Assembly (NCBI RefSeq): GCF_036971445.1
Contig: NC_091470.1
Coordinates: forward strand, 196,230,001 to 196,294,000
Origin: Narcine bancroftii
Lineage: Eukaryota
Direction: 5' to 3'
Length of the DNA stretch: 64,000 nt
This document shows positions 25,716 to 38,507 of this stretch, one piece after another (position 1 is the stretch's first letter; the number at the start of each line of letters is the position of its first letter). The notes beneath the pieces were generated by a model. That model was not told the DNA's origin. It searched no databases and saw only the letters and a list, made by a program, of their open reading frames with translations. The translations under genes and the position numbers were made by a program.

Positions 25716-26164
25716 CATCCTTGTGAGGGATGCTGGACAAAGTGGTAATCCTCTGTCTTCCTTATGGGTGAACAAGGTTAAAGAATTTCACGTATGTTAA
25801 GTTCCAAAATTTGTATTATGTGACAATAATTGAACTTTTTCCCTTTGTATTTTTATCTTTGCTATATAAGGAACATCAGCGTCGGGGCCGCGCGATCACT
25901 CAGCAAAAGGGAGATGTGAGGCGCTCCTTCCATCCAGTAGCCTGCAGGTCACTCTTGGGCAAAGTGCTTCACCTCCCATTTGGGGTCACGTGAAGCCGTG
26001 GAGCGCAGATGGTTTTCACAAGCAGGTACTGCAAATTGGAATTGATGGTGGTCAAACGAAAAACGCTGGACAGATGAACCTGCTGATCGGCCCGCCTGGT
26101 ATGGGCCCTGCAAACCGAAGAAGGCAACAGGAAACCCTCTTCAGTATTTTCCCCCTTGTATTAC

Positions 26165-26214
26165 CATGGAACTGAGGCTCAATGGCGGTCTCTGCTCGAA
26201 GGTGGAGCCTTCAC
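26165..26214 (-). CDS. Candidate alternative 50-nt cytoplasmic exon of the PILR-like gene
   Basis: Strong polypyrimidine acceptor (ctctccattccccttcAG), GTAATA donor; open as phase 1 to 0 (SEGSTFEQRPPLSLSSM). Confidence 0.4.
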
Positions 26215-26414
26215 CTGAAGGGGAATGGAGAGGAGGCAGCAGCTCCCGATTCCGGAGACCGTGGCGGATGGAGAAGTGTGATTGCTCGCGCGAGGCACCT
26301 GAGTGACGAGGTCATTGTATGACCTGCTGAGTTTCTCCAGCATTGCTTTTTTTCACTTCTTTGATGAGGTCCTGCCAGCGGGACTGTGCTCCTGCCACCT
26401 ACCACCATTTTGTT

Positions 26415-27660
26415 CAGCCCTGGATGTCCAGAGTGGCAGTGGGAGGGGGGCTGCTCTGCCTCACGGTGGTCGCTGTGGTCTGCAACTTCATGAGGACAGG
26501 TGAGTGGTTCACAAGGAGGTCCCTCGCTTGGGGGGAGCCCATGCTGGTAAATCCTTCACTGGGAGGCCCCTCCTCATTGGGAGATCCCTCGCTGGGAAAT
26601 CCCCTTCTGGGAGCTCCCTCAATGGGAGGTCCCTTACTTGGAAATCTTCACTGGGAGATCCCTCACTGTGAGATCCCTTGCTGGGAAGATTCATTGCTGG
26701 GAGATTCCACTAGCTAGCCGATTCCTCTCTCTGGAAGATCCCTCACTAGGAGATCCCTCACTGGAGAGATCCTTCACTGGGAGATCCCTCACTGGGAGAT
26801 CCTTCGCCTACCTACATTTTGACGGAGGCTTCAGGCCCGAGTCGTTTGTTACGGAGCCTTATCTTTGGTGCACAAGGAAGGCTGCGTGGCCTGCAGAGTT
26901 TCCCCAGCATTCTTGTGCAAACTATGACTACCGCGTCTTGTGAAACTCCACCTGAACTAAAAAAGCAAATTGAAATGTCTTACCTCAGGCGTGGACACAT
27001 CAGGAGAATAATCTGGAGACTGGCCAGCGGCAGCTGAAATAATAATGGTCAGCCTATTAGAAGGTCAGTCCCATCGTTCACCTCCTCATCACTGCACCAC
27101 AGCAGGTAGTGCCACTGCCTCAGGGGCCTGCAGTCCCAGGTCTGATCCTGTGACCTGGACATGACGACTCCACGCAGAGAGTGTCCGTGGCGGGGATCTC
27201 TAGAGAGGGATCTCCCAGGGAGAGGGATCTCCAAGGGAGAAGGATCTCCCAGTGAGGGATCTCTCCAGAGAGGGATCTCCTAGTGAGGGATCTTCCAGAG
27301 AGAGAGGAATCACCTAGCTAGTGGAATCTCTCAGCGAGGAATCTTCCCAGCAAGGGATCGCACAATGAGGAATCTCCCAGTGAAGATTTCCAAGTAACGG
27401 ATCTCCCAGGGAAGGAGCTCCCAGAAGGGGATTTCCCAGTGAGGGATCTCCCAGTGAGGAGGGCCTCCCCAGTGAGGGATCTCCCAGTGAGGAGGGGTCT
27501 CCCAGCGAAGGATTTCCCAGCGTGGGCTCCCCCCAGCGAGGGACCTCCTTGTGAACTACTCACTTGTCCGCAGTTTCCTCCTCATGAAGTTGCAGACCCC
27601 AGCGACCACCGCGAGGCAGAGCAGCCCCCCTCCCACTGCCACTCCGGACATCCAGGACTG
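26415..27660. repeat. Inverted duplication (arms about 26415-26805 and 27239-27660) containing most of the TM exon and a GGGATCTCCCAGTGA-type minisatellite
   Basis: The + strand copy encodes WMSRVAVGGGLLCLTVVAVVCNFMR followed by GTGAGT; it is the reverse-complement match of the minus-strand TM exon and its downstream intron. Confidence 0.9.
26984..27033 (-). CDS. PILR-like receptor, 50-nt cytoplasmic exon
   Basis: ttatttcAG acceptor, GTAAGA donor, phase 1 to 0; TAAGQSPDYSPDVSTPE links the TM exon in frame to the ITIM exon. Confidence 0.7.
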
Positions 27661-27701
27661 CCACGTTCTCCTCGGTGAGACTGGCGCCACTCTTCTCCTC
27701 T
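27564..27701 (-). CDS. PILR-like receptor, stalk/transmembrane exon
   Basis: ccccgttcAG acceptor, GTGAGT donor, phase 1 to 1; ERRRVAPVSPRRTWQSWMSGVAVGGGLLCLAVVAGVCNFMRRKLRT (uncharged TM plus basic stop-transfer). Confidence 0.85.
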
Positions 27702-28333
27702 CTGAACGGGGAAATGCAAAACAGAGAATTAACCAGTCCTATTCACCGTAAAATCCCTCCAAGCTCCAAGTAAGATCGCAGGATAAAGGAACAGGTCCAT
27801 CAAGTCCATTTCGTGACTCTTGTAACAATATTAATATTTGTGGAGAATTTATAAGATTTAGAGTAGGTCACATACATTCACACATTTTAAAACAGGTCTT
27901 ATTTGAAAGAATGAAGAAATACTGAAGATCTCTGGAGAATGTAAGCACCTTTCTCAAGTAGGTGTTAATTGAACTGACTTCATAAAGTGAATGAATGACC
28001 ATTGTTTGGAACTGGAGACACGGTGGCTGATGGAAGGTCTTTTCTTTTTTTAAAATTTTTTTTATTTTTCACACAATAAACCATACTGACCAAAATACAT
28101 ACAGACATTTTTCTCTTGAATATATACAGTGTCATTTTCTCCCTTTTTCCCCCTCCCTTCCCTCCCTCCCTCTCCCCCTTCCCATTTATTCAAAGTTCAA
28201 TCTATAAGATACATTAAATCCGTTAAACAATGTTGTCACTTAATAAAATAAACAAGAAATTTTTATCTTTTACTTTTATATACTGAGTCAGTTCATTTTG
28301 TTGTCTTCTTCTGTCATTTTAGGTGGTGGAGGT

Positions 28334-31300
28334 TCATGGTAGGATTTCTCTATTGTATTTCATGTATGGTTCCCATATTTGTTCGAATATTGTGATGTTA
28401 TTTCTTAAATTATATGTTATTTTTTCTAATGGAATACATTTATTTATTTCTATGTACCATTGTTGTATTCTCGAGTTGTCTTCTAATTTCCAGGTTGACA
28501 TAATACATTTTTTTGCTACAGCTAGGGCTATCATAATAAATCTATTTTGTGCTCCATCCAAATCGAGTCCAAATTCTTTATTTCTTATATTACTTAGGAG
28601 GAAGATCTCTGGGTTTTTTGGTATATTGCTTTTTGTGATTTTATTTAATATCTGGTTTAGATCTTCCCAAACTTTTTCCACTTTCTCACATGTCCAAATT
28701 GCATGTATTGTTGTTCCCATTTCCTTTTTACAGCAAAAACATCTATCTGATACTGTTGGGTCCCATTTATTTAACTTTTGGGGTGTGGTGTCTAGCCTGT
28801 GTAACCAATTATATTGTATCATGCGTAACCTCGTGTTTATTGTATTTCTCATAGTTCCGGAGCATAGCTTTTCCCATGTTTCATTCTTTATCTTTATGTT
28901 TAGATCTTGTTCCCATTTTTGTTTAGGTTTACACTTTGTTTCCTCGTTCTCATTTCCTTGCAGTTTGATGTACATGTTTGTTATAAATTTTTTAATTATC
29001 ATTGTGTCTGTAATCACATATTCAAAATTGCTTCCTTCTGGTAACCTCAGACTGTTTCCCAATTTGTCCTTCAAGTAGGTTTTCAGTTGGTGGTATGCAA
29101 ACCTTGTATCGTGAGTTATATTATATTTGTCCTTCATTTGTTCAAAAGATAATAATTTATTTCCCAAAAAACAATTTTCTATTCTTTTGATCCCTTTTCT
29201 CTCCCATTCTCTGAAGGAAAGGTTATTTATTGTGAAAGGGATTAGTTGATTTTGTGTCAATATTAATTTTGGTAGTTGATAATTTATTTTATTCCTTTCT
29301 ACGTGAATCTTGAGCAGATGGTGTAATACTGGTGAATTCCTACATTGCACTAATTTTTCATCCCTTTCATCCCACTTATAGAGTATATGCTCAGGTATCT
29401 TCTCCCCTATTTTATCTAGCTCTAATCTGGTCCAATCTGGTTTTTCCCTTGTTTGATAAAAATCTGATAGGTATCTTAATTGTGCTGCTCTATAATAATT
29501 CTTAAAGTTTGGTAGTTGTAAGCCTCCTTGTTTGTACCATTCTGTTAATTTATCTAGTGCTATCCTCGGTTTCCCCCCTTTCCATAAGAATTTCCTTATT
29601 ATTTTCTTTAGCTCCTTGAAGAATTTCTCTGTTAGGTGAATTGGTAATGATTGAAATAGGTATTGTATCCTTGGGAAGATGTTCATTTTAATACAGTTAA
29701 TCCTTTCTATCAGTGTTAGTGGTAAGTCTTTCCAGTGCTCTAAGTCATCTTGTAATTTTTTCATTAATGGCTGATAATTTAGTTTATATAGATGGCCAAG
29801 ATTATTATTTAGTTGTATACCTAGGTATCGAATTGCTTGTGTTTGCTATCTAAATGGTGATTCTTCCTTAAACTTTGTGAAATCCGCATTATTCATTGGC
29901 ATTGCTTCACTTTTAATTGTGTTGATCTTGTACCCCGATACTTCAACATATTCCTTCAATTTCTTATGTAATTCTTTTATTGACATTTCTGGTTCTGTTA
30001 AGTATATCATAACATCATCTGCAAATAGACTGATTTTATATTCCTTCTCTTTTACTTTTATCTCTCGTATTTTATTTTCTGTTCTTATCAGTTCTGCTAG
30101 TGGTTCTATAGCTAACACGAACAGTGAGGGAGATAGTGGACATCCCTGCCTTGTTGACCTGCTTAATTTAAATTAGTTTGATATATATCCATTTACTGTC
30201 TCTTTCGCCAATGGTCCCTTAAATAATGCTTTAATCCAATTAATATAATTCTCTGGTAGGTTGAATTTTTGTAGTACTTTGAATAAATAATTCCATTCTA
30301 CTCTGTCAAAGGCTTTCTCTGCATCTAAAGCAACCACTACTGTTGGAGTTTTGTTTCATTGTACTGCATGGATTAAGTTAATGAATTTACAGATATTGTC
30401 CGTTGTTCGTCTTTTTTTAATAAATCCAGTTTGGTTTAGTTTTACTATTTTTGGTACACAGTCGGCCAATCTGTTTGCTAATAGTTTAGCTATTATCTTA
30501 TAATCTGTGTTAAGTAGAGATATTGGTCTATACGATGCTGGTGTTAGTGGATCTTTCCCCGTCTGGTATTACTGTAATTATTGCTGTTTTGCATGAATCT
30601 CATTTGTTTTGTGTTTTTTCATTCTGGTTCATTACTTCCAGGAGAGGAGGAATTAATAAGTCTTTGAATGTTTTATAGAATTCTATTGGGAATCCATCCT
30701 CTCCCGGTGTTTTATCGTTCGGTAGTATTTTTAATATCTCCTGTATTTCTTCTATTTCAAATGGTTTTATTAATTTATTTTGCTCCTCTGTTGGTAATTT
30801 CAGTAGTTCAATTTTAGTTAGAAATTCATCTATTTTGTCTTCTTTCCCTTCATTTTCAGTTTGATATAGTTGTTTGTAGAATTCCCTGAAGTTTTCGTTG
30901 ATCTCCGTTGGGTTATATGTAATTTGTTTGTCCTTTTTCCTTGATGCCAATGCCGTTCTTTTAGTTTGTTCTGTCTTAAGCTGCCACACTAGTATTTTGT
31001 GCGTTTTTTTCTCCTAGCTCATAATATTTCTGTTTTGTCTTCATTATGTTCTTCTCCACCTTATATGTTTGTAGTGTTTCATTTTTTTTTCTTGTCTGTC
31101 AATTCTCTTCTTTTAGTTGTATCTTTCTTTATTGCTAATTCTTTTTCTGTATTTGTTATTTCCCTTTCCAACTGTTCTATTTCTCGATTGTAGTCCTTCT
31201 TCATCTTAGTTACATAACTTATTATCTGTCCTCTGATAAATGCTTTCATTGCGTTCCATAGTATAAATTTATTTTTCACTGATTCTGTATTTATTTCAAA

Positions 31301-32106
31301 GTACATTTTAATTTGTTGCTCAATTAATTCTCTAAAATCCTGTCTTTTAAGTAGCATGGAATTTAATCTCCATCTATACATTCTTGGTGGGATGTCCTCT
31401 AGCTCTATTGCCAATAACAGGGGTGTGATCCGATAACAATCTAGCTTTATATTCTGTTTTCTTAACTCTTCCTTGAATGTGGGCTGATAACAGGAATAGG
31501 TCTATCCTTGAGTATGTTTTATGTCTACTCGAATAATATGAATATTCCTTTTCCTTTGGGTGTTGTTTCCTCCATATATCCAAAAGTTGCATTTCCTGCA
31601 TCGATTTAATTATAAATTTGATTACTTTGTTCTTTCTGTTAGTCTTTTTTTCCAGTTTTATCTATGTTTGAGTCCAAATTAAGGTTAAAATCGCTTCCTA
31701 TTAGTATATTCCCTTGCGTATGTGCAATCTTCAAAAAGATATTGTGCATAAATTTTTGATCTTCATGAGGTGCGTAAGCATTGAGTAAATTCCAAAATTC
31801 TGAATATATCTGACATTTTATCATTACATACCTCCCTGCTGGATCTATTATTTCCTCTTCTATTTTGATTGGTACATTTTTATTGATTAATATAGCTACT
31901 CCTCTGGCTTTTGAATTATATGATGCTGCTGTTACATGTCCTATCCAATCTCTCTTTAATTTCTTGTGTTCCACTTCAGTTAGATGTGTTTCTTGTATGA
32001 ATGCTATATCAATTTTTTCTTTTTTCAGTAAATTTAACAGTTTATTCCTTTTGATTTGGTTATGTATTCCATTAATATTTAAAGTCATATAGTTCAACAT
32101 AGTCAT
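28334..32106 (-). pseudogene. L1 ORF2 (APE endonuclease, RT, C-terminal Cys domain), frameshifted
   Basis: TLNINGI..IAFIQETH, YSRIDLF, KTPGEDG, DAEKAFD, RQGCPLSP, LFADD, RC..C..GTTIHAIWTC spread over several frames. Confidence 0.93.
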
Positions 32107-32559
32107 TTCATACTTTGTTTATCTTTCCTTTCCGTTTCCTCATCACCACCTTCCCTTCTTATCCATTTCTGTTTTTTTTTTTGAACACATTGTAAGACAA
32201 CATTTCTAAAACATAAAATATTTCCACTATTCCCATATCTAAAATTCCTTTAACCCCAATAGTCCCTGCCCTCTCTGAGTTGCCCTTTGTCCCTTGTCAG
32301 GCAGCCACATCTCCCTTCTTCATTTGGATTTGCGAACCCGCTCGCAAGCGTCAACTGATTTCGCAGTGACTGTTATTTTTCCCCACCCAGCCCCCCCAGA
32401 AAAGATTTTAATCTTCATATATAACAAAGCTCACTCTCTTAATTCCCTCCTTACTTCCTTTCTTCCATTTCTTTCTCTTCTTAGTTCTTACTTATACTCT
32501 ATTCTTCTTCCATATATATAGTTTGTTGTCATTTTTGTTCTTGTTATATCTCTTCATCT

Positions 32560-33930
32560 CTCTGTCTGTTTTGTAGGTGTTCTGCAAATTTTCATGCTTT
32601 ATCTGGATCTGAGAACAGTTTGCTTTGCTGCCCTGGGATAACTATTTTAAGCACCACTGTATATTTTAACATAAATTTATAACCTTTTTTCCATAGGGTC
32701 GTTTTTGCTGCGTTAAACTCCTTCCTCTTCTTCAGGAGTTCAAAACTATATCTGGATAGAAAAAAAAATTTTGACCTTTGTATTCCAGTGGCTTTTTGTC
32801 TTCTCTTATTTTTTTCATTGCTTTCTCCAATATATTTTCTCTTGTTGTATAACTTAGGAATTTTACTAGAATGGATCTTGGTTTTTGTTGTGGTTGTGGT
32901 TTAGGGGCTAATGTTCTGTGTGCCCTTTCTATTTCCATTCCTTCCTGTAATTCTGGTCTTCCTAGGACTCTGGGGATCCATTCTTTTATAAATTCTTTCA
33001 TATTTTTGCCTTCTTCATATTCCTTAAGGCCCACTATCTTTATATTGTTTCTTCTATTATAATTTTCCATTATATCTATCTTCTGAGCTAACAGCTCCTG
33101 TGCTTCTTTAACTTTTTTATCAGATTCTTCTAATTTCTTTTTTAAGTCATCTACTTCCATATCTATGGGTGTTTCTCATTCTTCCACCTTGTCCACTCTT
33201 TTTCCTATATCTGTCATGATCATCTCTAATCTATTCACTTTTTCTTCTGTACTTTTTATTCTTCTTTTTATTTCACTGAATTCTTGTGTCTGCCATTCTT
33301 TTACTGTTTCCATATATTCTTTAAAAAAAATATATCCATGTACTTGCCCTTCCCTTCATCTTCCATTTCTCTGTGTTCTCCCTCCTCTTCTTCTGAGTCC
33401 ACTCCAGGATCTGTGTCTTTTACCTCTGTCTCTTCTGGTTTTCTTGTTGGGTTGTTTATTTTATTTTGTTGGGTATTTTTGGTCTTCTTATTTTTATTAA
33501 AATTGTCTTGGTGTTGGTCCTCTTCCTCTGGGTTGGTCATCTGTTGTTTCTTTGATTTCCTATTTTTATTCTCTTCCTTCTTGTTCCCGTTATTTTCTAT
33601 GTTTTCCTGTTGAGAGTCTTGCTGTCGTGTTATACTTGTCTGTTTCAGCTGTGGAGATTTACTCCTCAGCTGGTCCCCCCTCCTGTCAGGTGTTGTTTTT
33701 GTCTGGTGCATCGAGGATTCGTGCATGCGCAGTTGCGCACTTTTGTTTGGCTCCGTGAGCCATCTTTGTAGTCCTGCGTTCGGGGTTTCCACTGACCTCA
33801 GTGAGCGGGCTTCTCTCTCCACGGCGGGCCTCCTCATACAGGTAAGGCCTTCACCTTTCTCTTCCGATGTCTTTCTTTCTTTTCTTCCCGTTGTTTTTGG
33901 TTTTTCTTTCTTTGCTGCCATTTTCTCCAC
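32560..33930 (-). pseudogene. L1 ORF1, frameshifted
   Basis: Coiled coil plus ENYNRRNNIKIVGL..IERAHRT..PRSILVKF..FYPD (L1 ORF1 RRM-type motifs). Boundaries approximate. Confidence 0.85.
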
Positions 33931-34404
33931 ACTTTTATTTTTAATTTGTTATGGGTTTCTGTGTTTGTAGCTGTGAGAGATAATAGAATATAGGAAGTAA
34001 AGCTAGTATGAATGAGGAATACTAGACTAGATTAGAGGAAGTTAAGTAAGTGCTGAGTAGGGATGGATTACGATAAGAGTGTGAGGAATGGTTATGCAAG
34101 TATAATAGAATAAGGGTCTTATATTGATAGAAAGAATTAGCAAGTTCTGCAGTAGTAAGTCCTGGGGTTTGAGATGTGTGAATAAGAACAAAGGCAGATT
34201 CATGAATAAGGACAATGACATGATGGGACCCAGACAGGATACCCCATGGTCTTTCAAGTTTACAGACTGCACGTAGGCACACAGAATTACCAATTGCCAA
34301 ACCAATCCAGGAGGCAGAAGAATGTTAAGGGGGGGAGGGTACCTCTACACAGAAATGAACTGTATAAAAGTTGGGTGAGCCCCAGTATGTGTGTGTATTC
34401 CCAG

Positions 34405-35832
34405 AGCCCCGATCCGGGCAAGAGCGAAGGGGAGGCGGCGGCCCCGGCCTCAGTCGAGTGAGGCAGGCGGAGGCCCCGGTCCGGGCAGAAAGTAGGAGGC
34501 GGCGGCCCCAGTCCGGGCACAGGGAAAGCAGCGGCGGCCTCGGCCTCGGCCCCGGTCCGGGCAGTATGGTCCGACCTAGGAGGGGAGGCAGGCCCCTCCA
34601 GCCCGGGTAAGAAACCTGCACAGGAGAAGGCCACTCAGATATAAAACCTACGACCCAAGGACCTCGCTGCCATGTCCCAGCTTGCTTGGCCATGGCACAC
34701 GAACCATGGGTGTAAAGGGTGGGGCCAGTACTGCGCACACTACACTCCACCTAAAAGCTCCATTGCGCAGGCCCGAGGACATATCCACATACTCCCCCTC
34801 CACGTCCTCCCCCTCGAAAGATGCTCACAATCTCAAGCTAGCATGCTGGAACATCAGAACCATGCTAGACAAGGCCGACAGACACCGACCTGAACGTCGG
34901 TCTGCCCTCATTGCACATGAACTCCTCAGACTTGACATCGATATAGCCGCTCTCAGTGAAGTCCGCCTTGCAGATGTAGGCAGCCTCCAAGAACGCGGCG
35001 CAGGCTACACACTCTACTGGTCTGGCAAGCCTATGGATGAACGACGCCTATCTGGTGTAGGCTTCATGGTCAAGAACTCCATTGCCTGCAAACTCGAAAA
35101 CCTCCCAACAGGCCACTCGGACCGGATCATGTCCATGCGACTCCCCCTTCAAAACAAGCGTCGCATCACCCTCATCAGTGTCTATCCTCCAACCCTCCAG
35201 GCGGAACCAGCAGAAAAGGACAAGTTCTACACTGACCTGCGCAACCTCATTCAACGCACCCCTACAGCTGACAAGGTTGTCATCCTTGGCGACTTCAACG
35301 CTCGCATCGGCAAAGACTCAGAAACCTGGCCAGGAATCCTGGGCAAGCATGGTGTCGGCAAGTGCAACAACAATGGGTGCCTCCTGTTGGAGCTCTGCGC
35401 AGAACAGCGGCTTGTCATTACAAACACCCTTTTTCAGCAGAAGGACACCCTGAAGACTACCTGGATGCATCCCCGATCCAAACACTGGCATCTCCTGGAC
35501 TACGTCCTGGTGCGAGAAAGAGACCAATGGTCAGAACACTTCCAATCTCTTTTCAGTGCCAACGGCTCAGTCCAGGATTCTGCCCTGCTCCAGCTCCCTC
35601 AACAGCCCCTAAGGCTAGAGCTGGATGAGGTCCTCACCCGGGAAGAGACATATAAGGCAATTGAACAACTGAAAAGTGGCAAAGCAGCAGGTATGGATGG
35701 AATCCCCCCAGAGGTCTGGAAGGCTGGCGGCAAAACTCTGCATGCCAAACTGCATGAGTTTTTCAAGCTCTGCTGGGACCAAGGAAAGCTGCCTCAGGAC
35801 CTTTGTGATGCCATCATCATCACCCTGTACAA
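34405..35832 (+). mobile_element. RTE (BovB-like) LINE, 5' half only, with an internal deletion
   Basis: ACWNIRTMLD..RPERRSALIAHEL..AALSEVR..ILGDFNAR endonuclease motifs; highly similar to the copy at 41191-46361 but lacking about 630 bp and the whole RT/3' end. Confidence 0.92.
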
Positions 35833-38373
35833 CCTCCCTACTCTTGAATTCAATATTCCGATTTATGAAGGCCAACATTCCAAATGCCTTCTTCACCACA
35901 CCATCTACCTGAGTATCAGCCTTGAGGGTACTATTTACCATCACTCCTAAATCCCTTTGTTGCTCTGCACATCTCAATAGCCTACCATTTAATGCATATG
36001 ACCTATTTAGATTTGCCTTTCCAAAATGTAACACCTCACACTTATCTGTATTAAATTCCATCAGCCATTTCTCAGCCCACACCTCCAGCCTTCCTAAATC
36101 ACCTTTTAATCTACGGTAATAGAAACATAGAAACATAGAAGATAGGAGCAGGAGTAGGTCATTCGACCCTTCGAGCCTGCTCCGCCATTCAACGAGATCA
36201 TGGCTGATCTTAAAGTTCAGTACACCGTCCCCGCCTTCTCTCCGTAATCTTTAATACCCTTATACTGAAGAATTATATCTAATTCCCTCTTAAATTTATT
36301 TAATGAACCTGCCTGGACTGCCCTCTGTGGCAATGAATTCCACAGATTCACCACCCTCTGGGTAAATAAATTCTTCCTCATCTCGGTCCTAAATGGTTTG
36401 CCTATTATCCTCAAACCATGGTCCCGGATTCTGGATTTTCCCATCATTGGAAATATCCCATCTGCATCCATTCTGTCCAGTCCTGCCAGAATTTTATATG
36501 TCTCTATGAGATCCCCTCTCAATCTTCTAAACTCCAGCGAGTACAATCCCAAATTCTCAAAGAATTCCAATAGATTTGTCAAGCACGATTTACCTTTTGT
36601 AAATCCATGTTGACTCCGTCCGATCCCTTCTCTGCTAGTCATATGCTCCGCTATTACATCCTTAATAATGGATTCCATCATTTTGCCCACTACTAATCTA
36701 AGGCTCACCGGCCTATAATTCCCCGCTTTTTCTCTACCTCCCTTTTTAAATAGTGGGGTAACATTAGCTTCCCTCCAATCCATGGGTACTGATCCTGAGT
36801 CTATCGAGTTCTGGAAAATAATTCTTAAAGCACCTGCTATCTGAATGGCCACTTCCTTAAGTACCCTAGGATGTAGATTATCAGGCCCTTGGGATTTATC
36901 TGCCTTCAATCCCATCAATTTCCCCAAGACCATGTCCTTAGAGATACTGATTTCTTTCAGTTCCTCCCTTGCATTAGTCTCTATGTTTCCGAACATCCTT
37001 GGGAGGTTATTTGTAAAAACAGAACTAAAGTAAGAATTTAATTGGTCTGCCATTTCCTTATTCCCCATTATATATTCCCCTGATTCCGACTGCAAGGGAC
37101 CTACTCTGGATTTCACCAATCTTTTCCTCTTGACATATTTATAAAAGCTTTTGCAGTCGGTTTTTATATTTGCCGCAAGCTTACTTTCGTAATTTATTTT
37201 TGCTCTCTTGATTAATCCCTTTGTCCTCCTTTGGTGCATCTTGAACTGCTCCCAGTCTTCGGTTGTGGTACTTTTTTTGGCCAATTGATATGCTCTCTCT
37301 TTGGACCTAATGCTGTCTCTAATTTCCCTTGTTATCCACAGTTGAGTCACCTTTTTTGGTTTATTTTTATGCCAAACCGGTATAAACAATTTTTGCAATT
37401 TCTCCATTAGATCTGTGAATGCTTTCCATTGTCTATCCACAGTCAACTCCCCCATAAACATCACCCAATCAATCTTACTCAACTCCCGTCTCATACCATC
37501 ATAATTCCCTTTATTTAAATTCAGGACCTTAGTCTTGGTTTTAATTTCATCACTCTCCATGTCGAGTGAGAATTCGATCATATTGTGATCGCTCCTACCC
37601 AAAGGGCCTCGTACAACAAGATTGTTGATTAGCCCCTTATCATTGCATAATACCCAATCTAAAATGGCCTGCTCCCGAGTTGGTTCCTCGACATATTCCT
37701 CGACAATCTTCCTCACTGTCCACAACACCACAATCTTTGTATCATCTGCAAACTTGCTTATCCAATTCTCGACCCCGAATTCCAGATCGTTAATATATAT
37801 AACGAACAATAGTGGACCCAGGACCGATCCCTGAGGAACTCCACTAGTCACCGGCCTCCAATTGGACAAACAATTTTCCACCACTACTCTCTGACACCTC
37901 CCATCTAACCATTGCTGAATCCATTGCACTACCTCCTTATTTATACCTAATGCCTCCACCTTTTTTCCTAACCTCCTGTGGGGAACTTTGTCAAAAGCTT
38001 TAATAAAGTCTAAATAGACAACATCCACAGCTTTCCCTTCATCAACATTTTTTGTAACCCCCTCGAAAAACTCAATCAGGTTTGTCAAGCATGATCTACC
38101 CCTGACAAAACCATGCTGATTACTCCCTATCAATCCCTGTACCTCCAAATAATTGTAAATACCATCCCTCAGAACACTTTCCATCAACTTACCCACCACA
38201 GACGTCAGACTCACGGGCCTATAATTCCAAGGTTTTCATTTGGACCCTTTCTTAAACAGCGGAACCACATGCACCACTCTCCAATCCTTTGGCACTACCC
38301 CCATGACCAGTGACATCCTAAATATCTCTGTTAATGGCCCCACTATCTGTCAACAAGCCTCCCTGAGTGTCCT
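35833..38373 (-). mobile_element. Composite of CR1 LINE pieces (inner copy about 36119-37696 with (CTATGTTT)n tail)
   Basis: Two separate QHGF..SCLTNL.EFFE motifs, GVPQGSVLGP, FADDTK; microsatellite tail at 36119-36140; inner copy has an internal RT deletion near 36552. Confidence 0.9.
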
Positions 38374-38507
38374 CGGGTGACTGGTCAGTGGACGAAACGA
38401 GTGATATCCGAGAAGAGGCATTGAGAACAAATGACGGGAGAACCTTAAGGAAGCACACTAGGAATAGCTACTGGATCCCGGTAAGAGGAATTTATTTATC
38501 TGCTAGT

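Noticed and set aside
26343-26717. Plus-strand TM-encoding ORF as a paired activating receptor
   Set aside because: Partial inverted copy without its acceptor, no charged TM residue, and no plus-strand V exon found.
34682-35950. 422-aa RTE endonuclease ORF as a domesticated gene
   Set aside because: Nearly the same as the neighbouring RTE copy, carries a deletion through the endonuclease C-terminus, and runs into antisense CR1.
36217-38214. 665-aa CR1 ORF as an intact or novel double-RT protein
   Set aside because: Chance in-frame fusion of nested CR1 pieces with domains out of order and an internal deletion.
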